From a virus (Duplodnaviria; Caudoviricetes): a DNA stretch of 50,187 nt. Below the pieces are notes generated by a model. The model did not search any database. It saw only the letters and a list, made by a program, of their open reading frames with translations, and had not been told where the DNA came from. The DNA lies in the IMG/VR virus record IMGVR_UViG_3300037424_000162, positions 1-50,187 of that record; one strand, 5' to 3'. Below are positions 9,312 through 17,918 of the stretch, in pieces (position 1 is the stretch's first letter; every line of letters starts with the position of its first letter). Both the position numbers and the translations under genes were made by a program.

Positions 9312-11144
9312 ATGCTCCTAACCATCCTAGCCTCCACAAGGAACTTTACCTCCCTCGCCTACGTCGATTCCTTCGTTGTCTCGTCGCTTTTCAGCTACCA
9401 AATGGCCGACTGGTGGACCGTGACGTTTGGGGCGCCGGATGAATCCGTTATCCGTGCTCGTCCGCTAGTGCTCAACGTCCGGGCTGACAACGTGGACTAC
9501 ACCCAGGTTTCAACCTACGCCGCATGTCTTGCGCTAGAACGATCTTGGTACATCTCAGACACGGCCTTTTCCATCCATCTAGATCATGACATCGTCCATG
9601 AAGGCGTAGTAATCCAGTACGGCAACGGTCAGGGATTCTCGGACACCGACGTGGTCTACATCGACGACGTGGAATACCTCCCGCTTATCACTCAAGCCCC
9701 GAGCATCAACCGCGCCGAGGATATCCAAGGATACTCAAAACTCAGGCTAATCTCCGGGTCCTTGGGCCTGTCTAATCGTGGCGGGCGACTGGACTACCTC
9801 AAGGATTTCAGCGTTATCGGGAACGAGGCCCGACTGTCCTACCTCGACAACACCAATGTAATCGACAACCAAGCGCAAACCTCCGCCGTAGTGCCTCAAG
9901 CGGCCTACTTCGTCGAGGAAGCTGAGTACGGGAACGCTGAGACCGGCATGGCTCTACAAGATACCAGGAAGCTCGACAAGCTAGTCCCGGCTCGGTTTTT
10001 CGACTCCACAACCTATCCCTACCTGAACGACTCAATTGACGGCAAGGTGGTGCCCCTGGTCTTCGGGGTATGTCGGTCGGTCAAGTGCATCCCGGTCAAT
10101 ACCGAACTCACCGGCACGCTATCGGCAACCTACCGGTGTTCCGAACTCCTGACCAGCATCTCCGAGGTCAGGGTCAAGATCGACGACACATGGACCGTAG
10201 TCGCCACCTCATCGACCGATCTGCCTAACGGGACATTTACCATCGCCACGGCTAGAGCATCAACGGGACAGGCCCCATACGAGTGCCAAGCTGACGTAGT
10301 TGGAATCCCGGTGGTCAACGCGCCGGACATCATCGAATATCTCTACCTCAACTATGAAAACCAGGCGTTCAACGGTACGTTCTACGACACCACTACCTGG
10401 ACAGCGAACAAGGCCGGTATCCCGACTTGTGGCCTGGTCATCGACAAACAGCGGGCCATTCTTGACGTCATCCCCGATATCCAAAACGGCGTGTTCCCGA
10501 CGTTCCGATTTGATACCGTGGTTGGTGACACTAGAAAGACCATACGGCTAGACGATAAGACACGGCCCGTTGACTGGTACGTGTCGAGTCTGGATGTGCT
10601 GAACATCGACGATCTCAACCCTAAGGATGTTTCGGACTACCTTTTCGGAGAGGTTACAGTCGAGTACGATCAGGACCACAGTAACGACGAGTACCGTAAA
10701 ATCACAGTAGACACCTACAAACAAGACGTAATCGAGAACTACCAGTGGTCGAACTCTAAGTCACTCCCAACACTCCTGACGAACTCGACGGATGCTCAGA
10801 CTATGGCAGACGCAAAGGCTCTAGAGTTCTCGGTTCCGATTCGGACCATTGACTTGATCCTTATGGGGCAACGGTATTTCGGTGTTGAGATTTTCGACAT
10901 CATGCAAGTCGATACCGCCATGGGCCGAGAAGAGTACTACACCGGGGATTGGACGGGCCGGGAGTTTCTAGGAGTCATCAAGGTCCAGGTGATTGGAATC
11001 CAACCGGATTACGGTAGCCTAACCACGGCGTTTACTTGTAAAATACTATCGACGGTTGCACTCGTCGTACAACCGGATTTCCTGGTGACCGAAGACGGCG
11101 ACTACATCCTGACCGAAGACGGCTATTTAATCGAGGTGGAATGA
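9312..11144 (+). CDS. Putative tail tip/baseplate hub protein
   Basis: 610 aa; G..VPLVFG motif; C-terminal L.TEDG repeats; tail-region synteny. Confidence 0.6.
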   Translation: MLLTILASTRNFTSLAYVDSFVVSSLFSYQMADWWTVTFGAPDESVIRARPLVLNVRADNVDYTQVSTYAACLALERSWYISDTAFSIHLDHDIVHEGVVIQYGNGQGFSDTDVVYIDDVEYLPLITQAPSINRAEDIQGYSKLRLISGSLGLSNRGGRLDYLKDFSVIGNEARLSYLDNTNVIDNQAQTSAVVPQAAYFVEEAEYGNAETGMALQDTRKLDKLVPARFFDSTTYPYLNDSIDGKVVPLVFGVCRSVKCIPVNTELTGTLSATYRCSELLTSISEVRVKIDDTWTVVATSSTDLPNGTFTIATARASTGQAPYECQADVVGIPVVNAPDIIEYLYLNYENQAFNGTFYDTTTWTANKAGIPTCGLVIDKQRAILDVIPDIQNGVFPTFRFDTVVGDTRKTIRLDDKTRPVDWYVSSLDVLNIDDLNPKDVSDYLFGEVTVEYDQDHSNDEYRKITVDTYKQDVIENYQWSNSKSLPTLLTNSTDAQTMADAKALEFSVPIRTIDLILMGQRYFGVEIFDIMQVDTAMGREEYYTGDWTGREFLGVIKVQVIGIQPDYGSLTTAFTCKILSTVALVVQPDFLVTEDGDYILTEDGYLIEVE

Positions 11145-12916
11145 TGGGAAAAGTTAAGATTAGCGCGCTCACAGAAGCCTCAAGCGGAAGCGGAACTGAT
11201 GTAATTCCCGCCGTGGTGAGCGGGGTCACCGTCAAGGCCGCTAGGGCTAGAGTTGTAACCGTCGATACGATTGCCGCCCTCAGGACCACTTCACTTAACC
11301 GCCTTCGCGGATGCTCTATCCATGTCGCCGGATACTACGATTTCGGTGATGTGAAAATGGACCCTTATCATCTTGTCGAAGGCGCGGCCCCCGGAACCTA
11401 CGTTGACAACGGAGGGTCGATCATTGTTCCGACTGGCGGGGATGGGTCGTCGGCGTTCATTTCAATCCCAATTGGCGATGTTGATGTCAAATCATTTGGA
11501 GCCAAGGGTGACGGTATTACGGATGATCATTCGTGCATCCAGAAAGCTATGACTTTTGCTGTAGCAAACAAGAAAAGGATCGTTATTCCTGGTGGTACTT
11601 TTCCTTCGTCGTCTGCTTTGGTGACAAGCGGATACCCCGTGTCATTGTCAGGGTCCGGAGTATCGGTAACTAAAATTATTTTCACGTCGACCACTGGTGG
11701 GATGCGGTTTAATGTTGATCCACAGGGAGCAGGAATCCCGCCAGACCAAGCAACAATTTCCGGACTGACGATTGAATCTCATGCAGTAGTCTCCACTCCA
11801 GCTTTGTACATATCGTGGACCACGTATCAGCCCAACGCCCAAGGACAACTTTGGATTCAGGACCTAAACATTTGTCGAAATGGGGAGACTGGAACAGGTT
11901 CGTTTACATCAATGATTAAGCTTGAAAACTGCATTGTTGGATTTGTTTCGAGGGTGACTATTGTTGGCGATGATTCCAGGACAGCAGATTACGCAATTTG
12001 GCTGTTAGACTGCGTTGGAATTAGGATAACTGATTGCGACATAAATAGGACAAAATATGGCATTCACATAACAAAAAGTTCTGCCGTACAAACAGAAGGG
12101 ATATTAATATCAAACTCCTTTATTTACGACGTAAACCGAGGCGTCAATGCTGTAACAGCTATACATGTAAACATAATTGGGACTCATATAAACACAAATG
12201 GGGCATCGTGTGATTTTTGCGTTGTTTATGATACAGTATCTCAATCAATAATTTCAGGTTGCCTTTTGTATTCTGGAGGAAATCCTGGAGACGCAACAGG
12301 CCAGACAACAATCTACCTTGTTAGTGGATCAAATAACATTGTAACTAATAACCTGTTTGTGGCTCTAATCAAGGCAAACACATCATTCGGAATACTTCTG
12401 GGTTATTGCTCTTATTGCGACATCAATGGTAACAATATTAACAACTATCCGATTGGTGTAAACCTATCAATTGACGCAAGTACTATATACAACATGGTAT
12501 CATCAAACCAATTCACAAGTTGTACGCAAAATATTAACGATGCCGACACAACCTTAAGCAATTACAAAAACGCTAACTTTTCGACTACTGGTCCAGTTTC
12601 CGGTGTTTCATGGGGGATTAATACCGGTACATTTGGGGTTGGTGAGATAGGGTCAGATGCAAACTGGGGCGGCTACATGCGAGGCCGGTCCGGCACATTG
12701 GCCGATCTTGCATTTGCTGATTCTTTGGCAAATGTTGCCGCCGCAGTGAAAGATAAGTCTTTTAGAGTTGCTACATTTGCAAAAGCATCCCTTCCTATCG
12801 TCACTTCCGCTGGGGGTGGTTGCATATGTGTATCTGATGATGTGGGAGGGTTCACTCTTGCTTTTTGCGATGGGACAAATTGGCGACGAGTGTCTGACCG
12901 TGCTATTATTTCCTAA
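11141..12916 (+). CDS. Tailspike/receptor-binding protein with right-handed beta-helix (pectate lyase-like depolymerase)
   Basis: DVKSFGAKGDGITDD...IQKA motif followed by Asn/Ile-rich beta-helix repeats; N-terminal KISAL; C-terminal DGTNWRR. Confidence 0.85.
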   Translation: MMGKVKISALTEASSGSGTDVIPAVVSGVTVKAARARVVTVDTIAALRTTSLNRLRGCSIHVAGYYDFGDVKMDPYHLVEGAAPGTYVDNGGSIIVPTGGDGSSAFISIPIGDVDVKSFGAKGDGITDDHSCIQKAMTFAVANKKRIVIPGGTFPSSSALVTSGYPVSLSGSGVSVTKIIFTSTTGGMRFNVDPQGAGIPPDQATISGLTIESHAVVSTPALYISWTTYQPNAQGQLWIQDLNICRNGETGTGSFTSMIKLENCIVGFVSRVTIVGDDSRTADYAIWLLDCVGIRITDCDINRTKYGIHITKSSAVQTEGILISNSFIYDVNRGVNAVTAIHVNIIGTHINTNGASCDFCVVYDTVSQSIISGCLLYSGGNPGDATGQTTIYLVSGSNNIVTNNLFVALIKANTSFGILLGYCSYCDINGNNINNYPIGVNLSIDASTIYNMVSSNQFTSCTQNINDADTTLSNYKNANFSTTGPVSGVSWGINTGTFGVGEIGSDANWGGYMRGRSGTLADLAFADSLANVAAAVKDKSFRVATFAKASLPIVTSAGGGCICVSDDVGGFTLAFCDGTNWRRVSDRAIIS

Positions 12917-12926
12917 AGGAGTATCC

Positions 12927-13328
12927 ATGAGCAATATACGAGAGTTTATTTACCAAGGTCCAGGGCGCTGCGGTGTCACTGGAATCAATGCGCAACGGTG
13001 GGGAAAGAAATACGTCACTATTTTTAATGACGAAATAGCCGATCCTAACTCGGTCTTTGCCTTGCAGGACGGCGAAACCATCGAAGACCGCTTTGACGTG
13101 CTCAATGGGCTTTACATGGCGTGTGGTGCTCGGCGTGAGAAGGTGGCTTTTTACATTGGAACCCTCATGCTTGCGGCCATGTCTTGTGCGGTGGCCAAGG
13201 GTTACACCGAGTACACCGGGCCTAAGGAGCGACTGTATGCGGTCCTGAAAGCGCAGGAGCCTGACAACGCCAAGATGTCCGCTGTCATGAGCGTTGACGA
13301 GGCTTCGACTATGACCTTCTGGGATTGA
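12927..13328 (+). CDS. Hypothetical protein
   Basis: RBS AAGGAG with ATG at 12927. Confidence 0.7.
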   Translation: MSNIREFIYQGPGRCGVTGINAQRWGKKYVTIFNDEIADPNSVFALQDGETIEDRFDVLNGLYMACGARREKVAFYIGTLMLAAMSCAVAKGYTEYTGPKERLYAVLKAQEPDNAKMSAVMSVDEASTMTFWD

Positions 13329-13329
13329 C

Positions 13330-13887
13330 ATGCTACATTCACGAATCGCCATTCTGTTCGGAATGTTTTGCTTTGCTCTGACCGTCCGGCATTTGATGAC
13401 GCCGGAGAACCCGGACCATGTTGCAAATCTCCTATATCAGATCCCGATGGCGATTCTGTTTTTTCTTTCCTCCAGGCTTTCCGTGAAGGCGTGTCGAATC
13501 ATTCATCCCGCCGCTTTATTTCTCGGGGCTGCGATAACCGTTTGGTTTGGCAACTTCCCGGTTGCCGCGATAATCTTTTGTCTGGCCACACTTCTGTACT
13601 ATTCCTACGGTGGGTTCCGGTCATTCAACCTTGTTCAATCGATCATTTCTTTTGGTGTGATTTTCTTGGCATTTTTGGCCGGAATCGTGACAAGTAAGTA
13701 CGGTATTGGTCCCGCGTACTGGACCGCGTTAGTGTGGGCGTCAACGGTTGTCAGTGGATTTTATCTCATCTGGCTTGTCCTACAGTACTTTGCATCGGAT
13801 ATAATCAGTCAAAACAGGGATCTCCTGGAACAAAACAAAAAACTGATCAAGGGAGATTGCAACGATGTCGCCACAAAGGGAAGGTGA
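13330..13887 (+). CDS. Multi-pass membrane protein (lysis region)
   Basis: About 5-6 hydrophobic segments. Confidence 0.65.
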   Translation: MLHSRIAILFGMFCFALTVRHLMTPENPDHVANLLYQIPMAILFFLSSRLSVKACRIIHPAALFLGAAITVWFGNFPVAAIIFCLATLLYYSYGGFRSFNLVQSIISFGVIFLAFLAGIVTSKYGIGPAYWTALVWASTVVSGFYLIWLVLQYFASDIISQNRDLLEQNKKLIKGDCNDVATKGR

Positions 13888-14182
13888 AACCGAAGAAATG
13901 TACATGTATCGGCTCGAACTTACGCAAGAGGACCACGAAACTCGTCTAAGTAAAGTTGAGTTTGTGGCTATGGAAGCCCGGGAAATGGCCGTGGAAACTA
14001 AAGTCCTTGTGCTATCGATGCCTCAAGAAATCATCAAGGCCATCGACGAAAGAGAGATCCAAAAGCGCAAAGAACAAAAGATGGACAGCCGGGAAAAGCT
14101 GTTTATTGCCATGGGGATCATCGGAACTCTGGGCGGTGTTGCCGGGGCGATTGCGTCGATTAAACAGGTTTTGGGAGGGTGA
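13865..14182 (+). CDS. Coiled-coil protein with C-terminal TM helix (holin/antiholin-like)
   Basis: Charged helical N-terminus, hydrophobic C-terminus, directly upstream of the peptidase. Confidence 0.5.
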   Translation: MSPQREGETEEMYMYRLELTQEDHETRLSKVEFVAMEAREMAVETKVLVLSMPQEIIKAIDEREIQKRKEQKMDSREKLFIAMGIIGTLGGVAGAIASIKQVLGG

Positions 14183-14183
14183 G

Positions 14184-14756
14184 ATGATCAAAGGAACCAA
14201 GTACTGGAACGACCGAAAGACCTTTTCGGTGCAGACAAACAACGCTGTTGAAAACCTTCTCCGATTGTGGTCGGGTAAGGATCGTGGTTATTACGAATCC
14301 TGCGGTCCAACCTCTGCAATCAACATCCTGGAATCCATGGGGCACCCCGTGGCCATCATGTCGCCAGCTATGGCTATAGTACAGCCGGAAGACTTTCTTT
14401 TGATCTGGATGAACGACCCCAAGAATGCGCCAGGGTTCCCCGTAACTCAGCCAATCAACGAATATCCGAAGGCCTACCCGAACGCCATCACTAAGGTTTT
14501 CGGACACGCTTGCCGATACCTTGAGGCGCAATCATTTGAGTGGGTCGCTTCGATGGTCTCCGGTGGAACTGGGTGTATGATCTGCCTCAAAGATCCAGGC
14601 CACTTCCTGGCGGTTGTGGCATTCGACAATTTGACCAACGAACTGATCTACCGTGACCCGTGGCCGAATCGCACCGGGACAGACGGGTACAATCTTCGCA
14701 TGGGCAAGAAAGAGTTTGACACTAACGTCAAGCCTTATGTGGTGGTGTTTGGATGA
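14184..14756 (+). CDS. Peptidase C39-like protein, putative endolysin
   Basis: ESCGPTSA (catalytic Cys), GHFLAVV (His) and YRDP (Asp) motifs. Confidence 0.8.
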   Translation: MIKGTKYWNDRKTFSVQTNNAVENLLRLWSGKDRGYYESCGPTSAINILESMGHPVAIMSPAMAIVQPEDFLLIWMNDPKNAPGFPVTQPINEYPKAYPNAITKVFGHACRYLEAQSFEWVASMVSGGTGCMICLKDPGHFLAVVAFDNLTNELIYRDPWPNRTGTDGYNLRMGKKEFDTNVKPYVVVFG

Positions 14757-15121
14757 CCTTTAAACGGTGGATCGCAGAGGTATGGGACGACGCTTTGGTG
14801 TATCTTGTCTCCATTGTTGGGTCCATCACGGCGTTGTGGTGGGCTTCTGACAAGATCGGCGAGAAGTTTGTTTTCAAGTGGGGCTATATTGCCGTAGCGG
14901 TTGGCCTCGCCATCGTGATCATGGCCGCTATCGAGACGGCTAGGCATTCTGACGCCGTGAAGAAAAACGAATTGGCCGCACACGTACTAGGTAAGCGCCG
15001 TAGACTTGTAAGTCGATTGGGGCTGTCGTGGGCCGTTGGGTTCATAGGACAACTAGCCTTCCCTGGTGTGGTCGAGAACGTTGTCAATTTAATCATTGGC
15101 GTCACAAGGTTCGGTGGATAG
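14753..15121 (+). CDS. Putative holin
   Basis: 122 aa with about 3 TM segments, downstream of the endolysin. Confidence 0.55.
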   Translation: MTFKRWIAEVWDDALVYLVSIVGSITALWWASDKIGEKFVFKWGYIAVAVGLAIVIMAAIETARHSDAVKKNELAAHVLGKRRRLVSRLGLSWAVGFIGQLAFPGVVENVVNLIIGVTRFGG

Positions 15122-15122
15122 T

Positions 15123-15485
15123 GTGCGGTATGCGATTTGTGTTGCTCTTAGCGCTATTACCGTCGCTTGCCTTTGCGGATGGTGGATACTTGATGGATCA
15201 GGCCGCGAGGCAAGACTCATTGCAGACCTTAAACGAAGTCGAGTCGAACTTACTGAGTCTCAAGAACGACTTACAGAAAGCGATAGACTACTCACAGAAG
15301 CTAGACGAGAGATTGACCTTGGCGCTGTCGAGCTTGCAAAAGTCAGAAGAGAGCTTAACCAAAGCAAGGCTGAACTTAACGGACTCCGAGACAGCCTTGG
15401 AAGAGGCTCAGAGCGCGTTGACGGAAGCCTCGACGGCGTTGCAAGAATCCGAGCAATCCTGGAAGGACTACCGCTTCTGGAGTGA
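15123..15485 (+). CDS. Spanin-like protein 1 (N-terminal hydrophobic/Cys segment plus coiled coil)
   Basis: MRYAICVALSAITVACLCGWW followed by heptad-rich sequence; end of the lysis cassette. Confidence 0.55.
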   Translation: MRYAICVALSAITVACLCGWWILDGSGREARLIADLKRSRVELTESQERLTESDRLLTEARREIDLGAVELAKVRRELNQSKAELNGLRDSLGRGSERVDGSLDGVARIRAILEGLPLLE

Positions 15486-15549
15486 CGTTAAGGTCTACTT
15501 TTTGGCGGTAGTCGCTGTCGTTTGCGCGGTGGGATGGGCTGTGTGGTAG
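15130..15549 (+). CDS. Spanin-like protein 2 (signal peptide, coiled coil, C-terminal TM), +1 frame overlap with the previous gene
   Basis: MRFVLLLALLPSLAFA/D signal peptide; clear heptads; C-terminal VYFLAVVAVVCAVGWAVW. Confidence 0.6.
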   Translation: MRFVLLLALLPSLAFADGGYLMDQAARQDSLQTLNEVESNLLSLKNDLQKAIDYSQKLDERLTLALSSLQKSEESLTKARLNLTDSETALEEAQSALTEASTALQESEQSWKDYRFWSDVKVYFLAVVAVVCAVGWAVW

Positions 15550-15553
15550 GCGG

Positions 15554-16051
15554 TTACAGCGTATCGTCGCAGAGAATGGTTTCATCCTGAGCAACAATGA
15601 TTCCATGCCCATAATACCCGTTGTGAGCATTGTACACGGCCAACTGGAAATCGCCCTTGTCAGTCTTGAAATTGACGAACTGGATTCCCCCGGAATCAAG
15701 GCCGTACTCTCCGAACTTCTGGTTAATAACTTCAGCCTTCGATTCAGAGTCCATCAATGATACCTCAAGAAGGTTAGAGCCAATGAACTCGCTCATGTTG
15801 TCCTCGGTGGAGAAATACCCCCACGATTCACAACACGAGGACTGATCGTCAATCAAGACTACAATTTCGTGGCCATCCGTATTGATCTTGTACCCTTCCA
15901 TGGACCTCCCACCTCCGAGAACCGACAGCATTCCAGAGAATCCAAGTCTTGACCCGGCATCCCCGTTTAACTTGGCGTGATTACCCACGCCAATGCCATG
16001 CACCTCTTCGATAGATTCAATCTTTCCTAGCATCACTCTCTCCTCTCTCAC
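15554..16051 (-). CDS. Conserved-looking phage hypothetical protein
   Basis: Q.CCE and YN.HNGYYGH motifs typical of a widespread phage family. Confidence 0.7.
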   Translation of the reverse strand: MREERVMLGKIESIEEVHGIGVGNHAKLNGDAGSRLGFSGMLSVLGGGRSMEGYKINTDGHEIVVLIDDQSSCCESWGYFSTEDNMSEFIGSNLLEVSLMDSESKAEVINQKFGEYGLDSGGIQFVNFKTDKGDFQLAVYNAHNGYYGHGIIVAQDETILCDDTL

Positions 16052-16083
16052 ATTCCACCTTCATACGAGGGTGGGGGTTATTG

Positions 16084-16272
16084 CTAGTATTCGTCGGCCA
16101 GTTCGTCGGCCAGCCATGCGCCGTATTCAATCTCTTGGCGTTTCCATCCGTTGCGTTGATCATCGTTGAGTAACGTGTCGAACTTTACGCCATCGTAAAA
16201 GGCTCGTTTTCCGATCATGAAATCGGTTGATCCCCGGTGCTTTTCCATGACTTGATCAATGGTTAGATCCAT
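16084..16272 (-). CDS. Hypothetical protein
   Basis: ORF with purine-rich RBS. Confidence 0.6.
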   Translation of the reverse strand: MDLTIDQVMEKHRGSTDFMIGKRAFYDGVKFDTLLNDDQRNGWKRQEIEYGAWLADELADEY

Positions 16273-16276
16273 CCTC

Positions 16277-16453
16277 TCACTCCTCCTCAATCTCTTGCGC
16301 TTCGCCGATGGTAAGATTCATCCTAGCGGTCAACAGGTTCGCTTGTTCGTGGCGTAGAGCATTGGCCTCTTCACTGTTCGCCGGTAGCGCGGTCAGTAGC
16401 TCGAAGTTGGCGTTGATCCTGTCGGTTAGTTGATCTTGACGTGTCATATCCAT
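16277..16453 (-). CDS. Hypothetical protein
   Basis: ORF packed in the leftward operon. Confidence 0.55.
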   Translation of the reverse strand: MDMTRQDQLTDRINANFELLTALPANSEEANALRHEQANLLTARMNLTIGEAQEIEEE

Positions 16454-16457
16454 ATCC

Positions 16458-16679
16458 TTAGTTGACTCTGTACCGATACTCATAGTCCAACGTTGCCTTC
16501 TCCGGCTTATTACCTCCAGCCATGGTGAAAATGATCTTCGGTTGATCTTCGTATGCCAGTGACGAGGAAACGATATCGCACCAGAAGTCTTTGCCGATGT
16601 CAATAGAAACCCTGTCTCCCCGCATTACCATCTGGCGAATGATTTTTGCCGATCCTTTTTTGAAAGTGTACTTACCCAT
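16458..16679 (-). CDS. Hypothetical protein
   Basis: RBS GAGGGG with ATG at 16679. Confidence 0.6.
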   Translation of the reverse strand: MGKYTFKKGSAKIIRQMVMRGDRVSIDIGKDFWCDIVSSSLAYEDQPKIIFTMAGGNKPEKATLDYEYRYRVN

Positions 16680-16680
16680 C

Positions 16681-16755
16681 CCTCTATCCTTGACTCCCAT
16701 CCTTGCTTACAACGCAATCCCACGGGCTTGTCACCGGGGTGCATGGTTAAGGAGG
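16681..16755 (-). ncRNA. Twister self-cleaving ribozyme (type P1, with P5)
   Basis: Minus-strand RNA reads UCCU-UAA-CCAU-GC-A-CCCCGG-U-GAC-AAGC-CCG(U)GGG-A-UUGC..GCAA-GG-AUGG-GA-GUC-A-AGGA. P1, P2, P4, P5, the conserved UAA/GC/AAGC/GA residues and both pseudoknots (GAC:GUC and GC:GC) are present. Confidence 0.85.
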
Positions 16756-16777
16756 CCCCCGGGTGGGGGATTTGACG

Positions 16778-17014
16778 CTAGAGAACTTCCTTCTTAGCTT
16801 CCTCTTCGTCATCTTTGCCTTGGATTGCATCCAGAACATCATGGACCTGAGACTTGGCTTCCTGGATCAAGGAATTGACGCCGTTCTTCATTCCATTTAC
16901 CTCGTAAGATCCGCCTACCGACTTCTCAGTCTTCGCAAGAATAGACGTTTGATAGCTGTTCGTACTGAACACCTCAATCGTGACCTTGATTTGGACGTTT
17001 TCCCGTACTTTCAT
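16778..17014 (-). CDS. Hypothetical protein, first gene of the leftward operon
   Basis: RBS GAGGAG; downstream of the leftward promoter. Confidence 0.65.
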   Translation of the reverse strand: MKVRENVQIKVTIEVFSTNSYQTSILAKTEKSVGGSYEVNGMKNGVNSLIQEAKSQVHDVLDAIQGKDDEEEAKKEVL

Positions 17015-17049
17015 CTCTTCTCTCCTCGGCGTCAACCGCCTATGTAGAG

Positions 17050-17140
17050 AGTATAGTACGGGGTTGGGATGGTGTCAACAACAATATTGAGGAAAGTTAA
17101 AAGATTTATGGTTGACAAGTTGTGGGTTGGGGTCTATTGT
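17050..17140. promoter_or_regulatory. Divergent sigma70-type promoters
   Basis: Leftward TTGACA(17078-17073)-17bp-TATACT; rightward TTGACA(17112)-17bp-TATTGT; GGGTTGGG occurs in both spacers. Confidence 0.75.
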
Positions 17141-17158
17141 ATAGGTATAGGAGACGCT

Positions 17159-17356
17159 ATGAACGAACAAACACAACCCCCTAAGAACATCAAACGCAAC
17201 GTCCAGACGGTCCACCAGTCAAGGGAAACCTTTGACGAGGTAGAGCGGTATCTTGCTTTCTTGAAGGGCTTGAGCGGGATTTCAGAGGGCCGGGCTTACG
17301 TGCAAGCCCTAACGGAGAAGATGGATCGCGAACGGGAGGCCGGACGATGGAAGTAG
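17159..17356 (+). CDS. Small putative DNA-binding (ribbon-helix-helix-like) regulator
   Basis: 65 aa; strand-helix-helix-like pattern; first gene after the promoter. Confidence 0.45.
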   Translation: MNEQTQPPKNIKRNVQTVHQSRETFDEVERYLAFLKGLSGISEGRAYVQALTEKMDREREAGRWK

Positions 17357-17486
17357 TTTTGATTGTGATCATGATCATGCTGTGCATTGTCACGGTATCA
17401 CTTAACATTAGGATCAATGAACTCGAAAGGCGCATCAACGATCTTCCGGCGTTCATTGCACGTGAGAAGAAGGCGGGGAGGTACCA

Positions 17487-17918
17487 ATGATGGAACATAC
17501 TAAAGAACCGTGGTCACTTGGTAAGTGGATTGACGACCAAGAACGGTACATCGATGCCATCCAGGGGGACGCTGATTTGAACTTTAGCAAGTGGGAAGGC
17601 CTTGCCGTGGTATTCGGTTCCGACGATTTTTCTGGTGGCCATGAAAAGTGCGAAGCCAACGCCCGCCGCATCGTGGCTTGCGTAAATGCTTGCAAGGGCC
17701 TGTCTACGGAGGCCATTGAAACATTTGGCGAGTCAATTCCTGGCGGGATGGTTTTCTACCTTGAGAAAGCGAACAAAGATCGTGACGCCGCGCTTGCCAT
17801 GGTGAGGGAGTTGGTGAACTGGGGGATCAACATCGAAAGCGATCCCATGCATACCCTCAGAATACAACAGATTTGGACGTTTCACGAACTCAAGAACAAA
17901 GCCGGGGCCCTGTCATGA
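17487..17918 (+). CDS. Conserved phage hypothetical protein
   Basis: HT.EPW and ANARRIVACVNAC.G motifs. Confidence 0.7.
   Translation: MMEHTKEPWSLGKWIDDQERYIDAIQGDADLNFSKWEGLAVVFGSDDFSGGHEKCEANARRIVACVNACKGLSTEAIETFGESIPGGMVFYLEKANKDRDAALAMVRELVNWGINIESDPMHTLRIQQIWTFHELKNKAGALS

Noticed and set aside
11141-12916. Diversity-generating retroelement target
   Set aside because: No reverse transcriptase and no template/variable repeat pair seen
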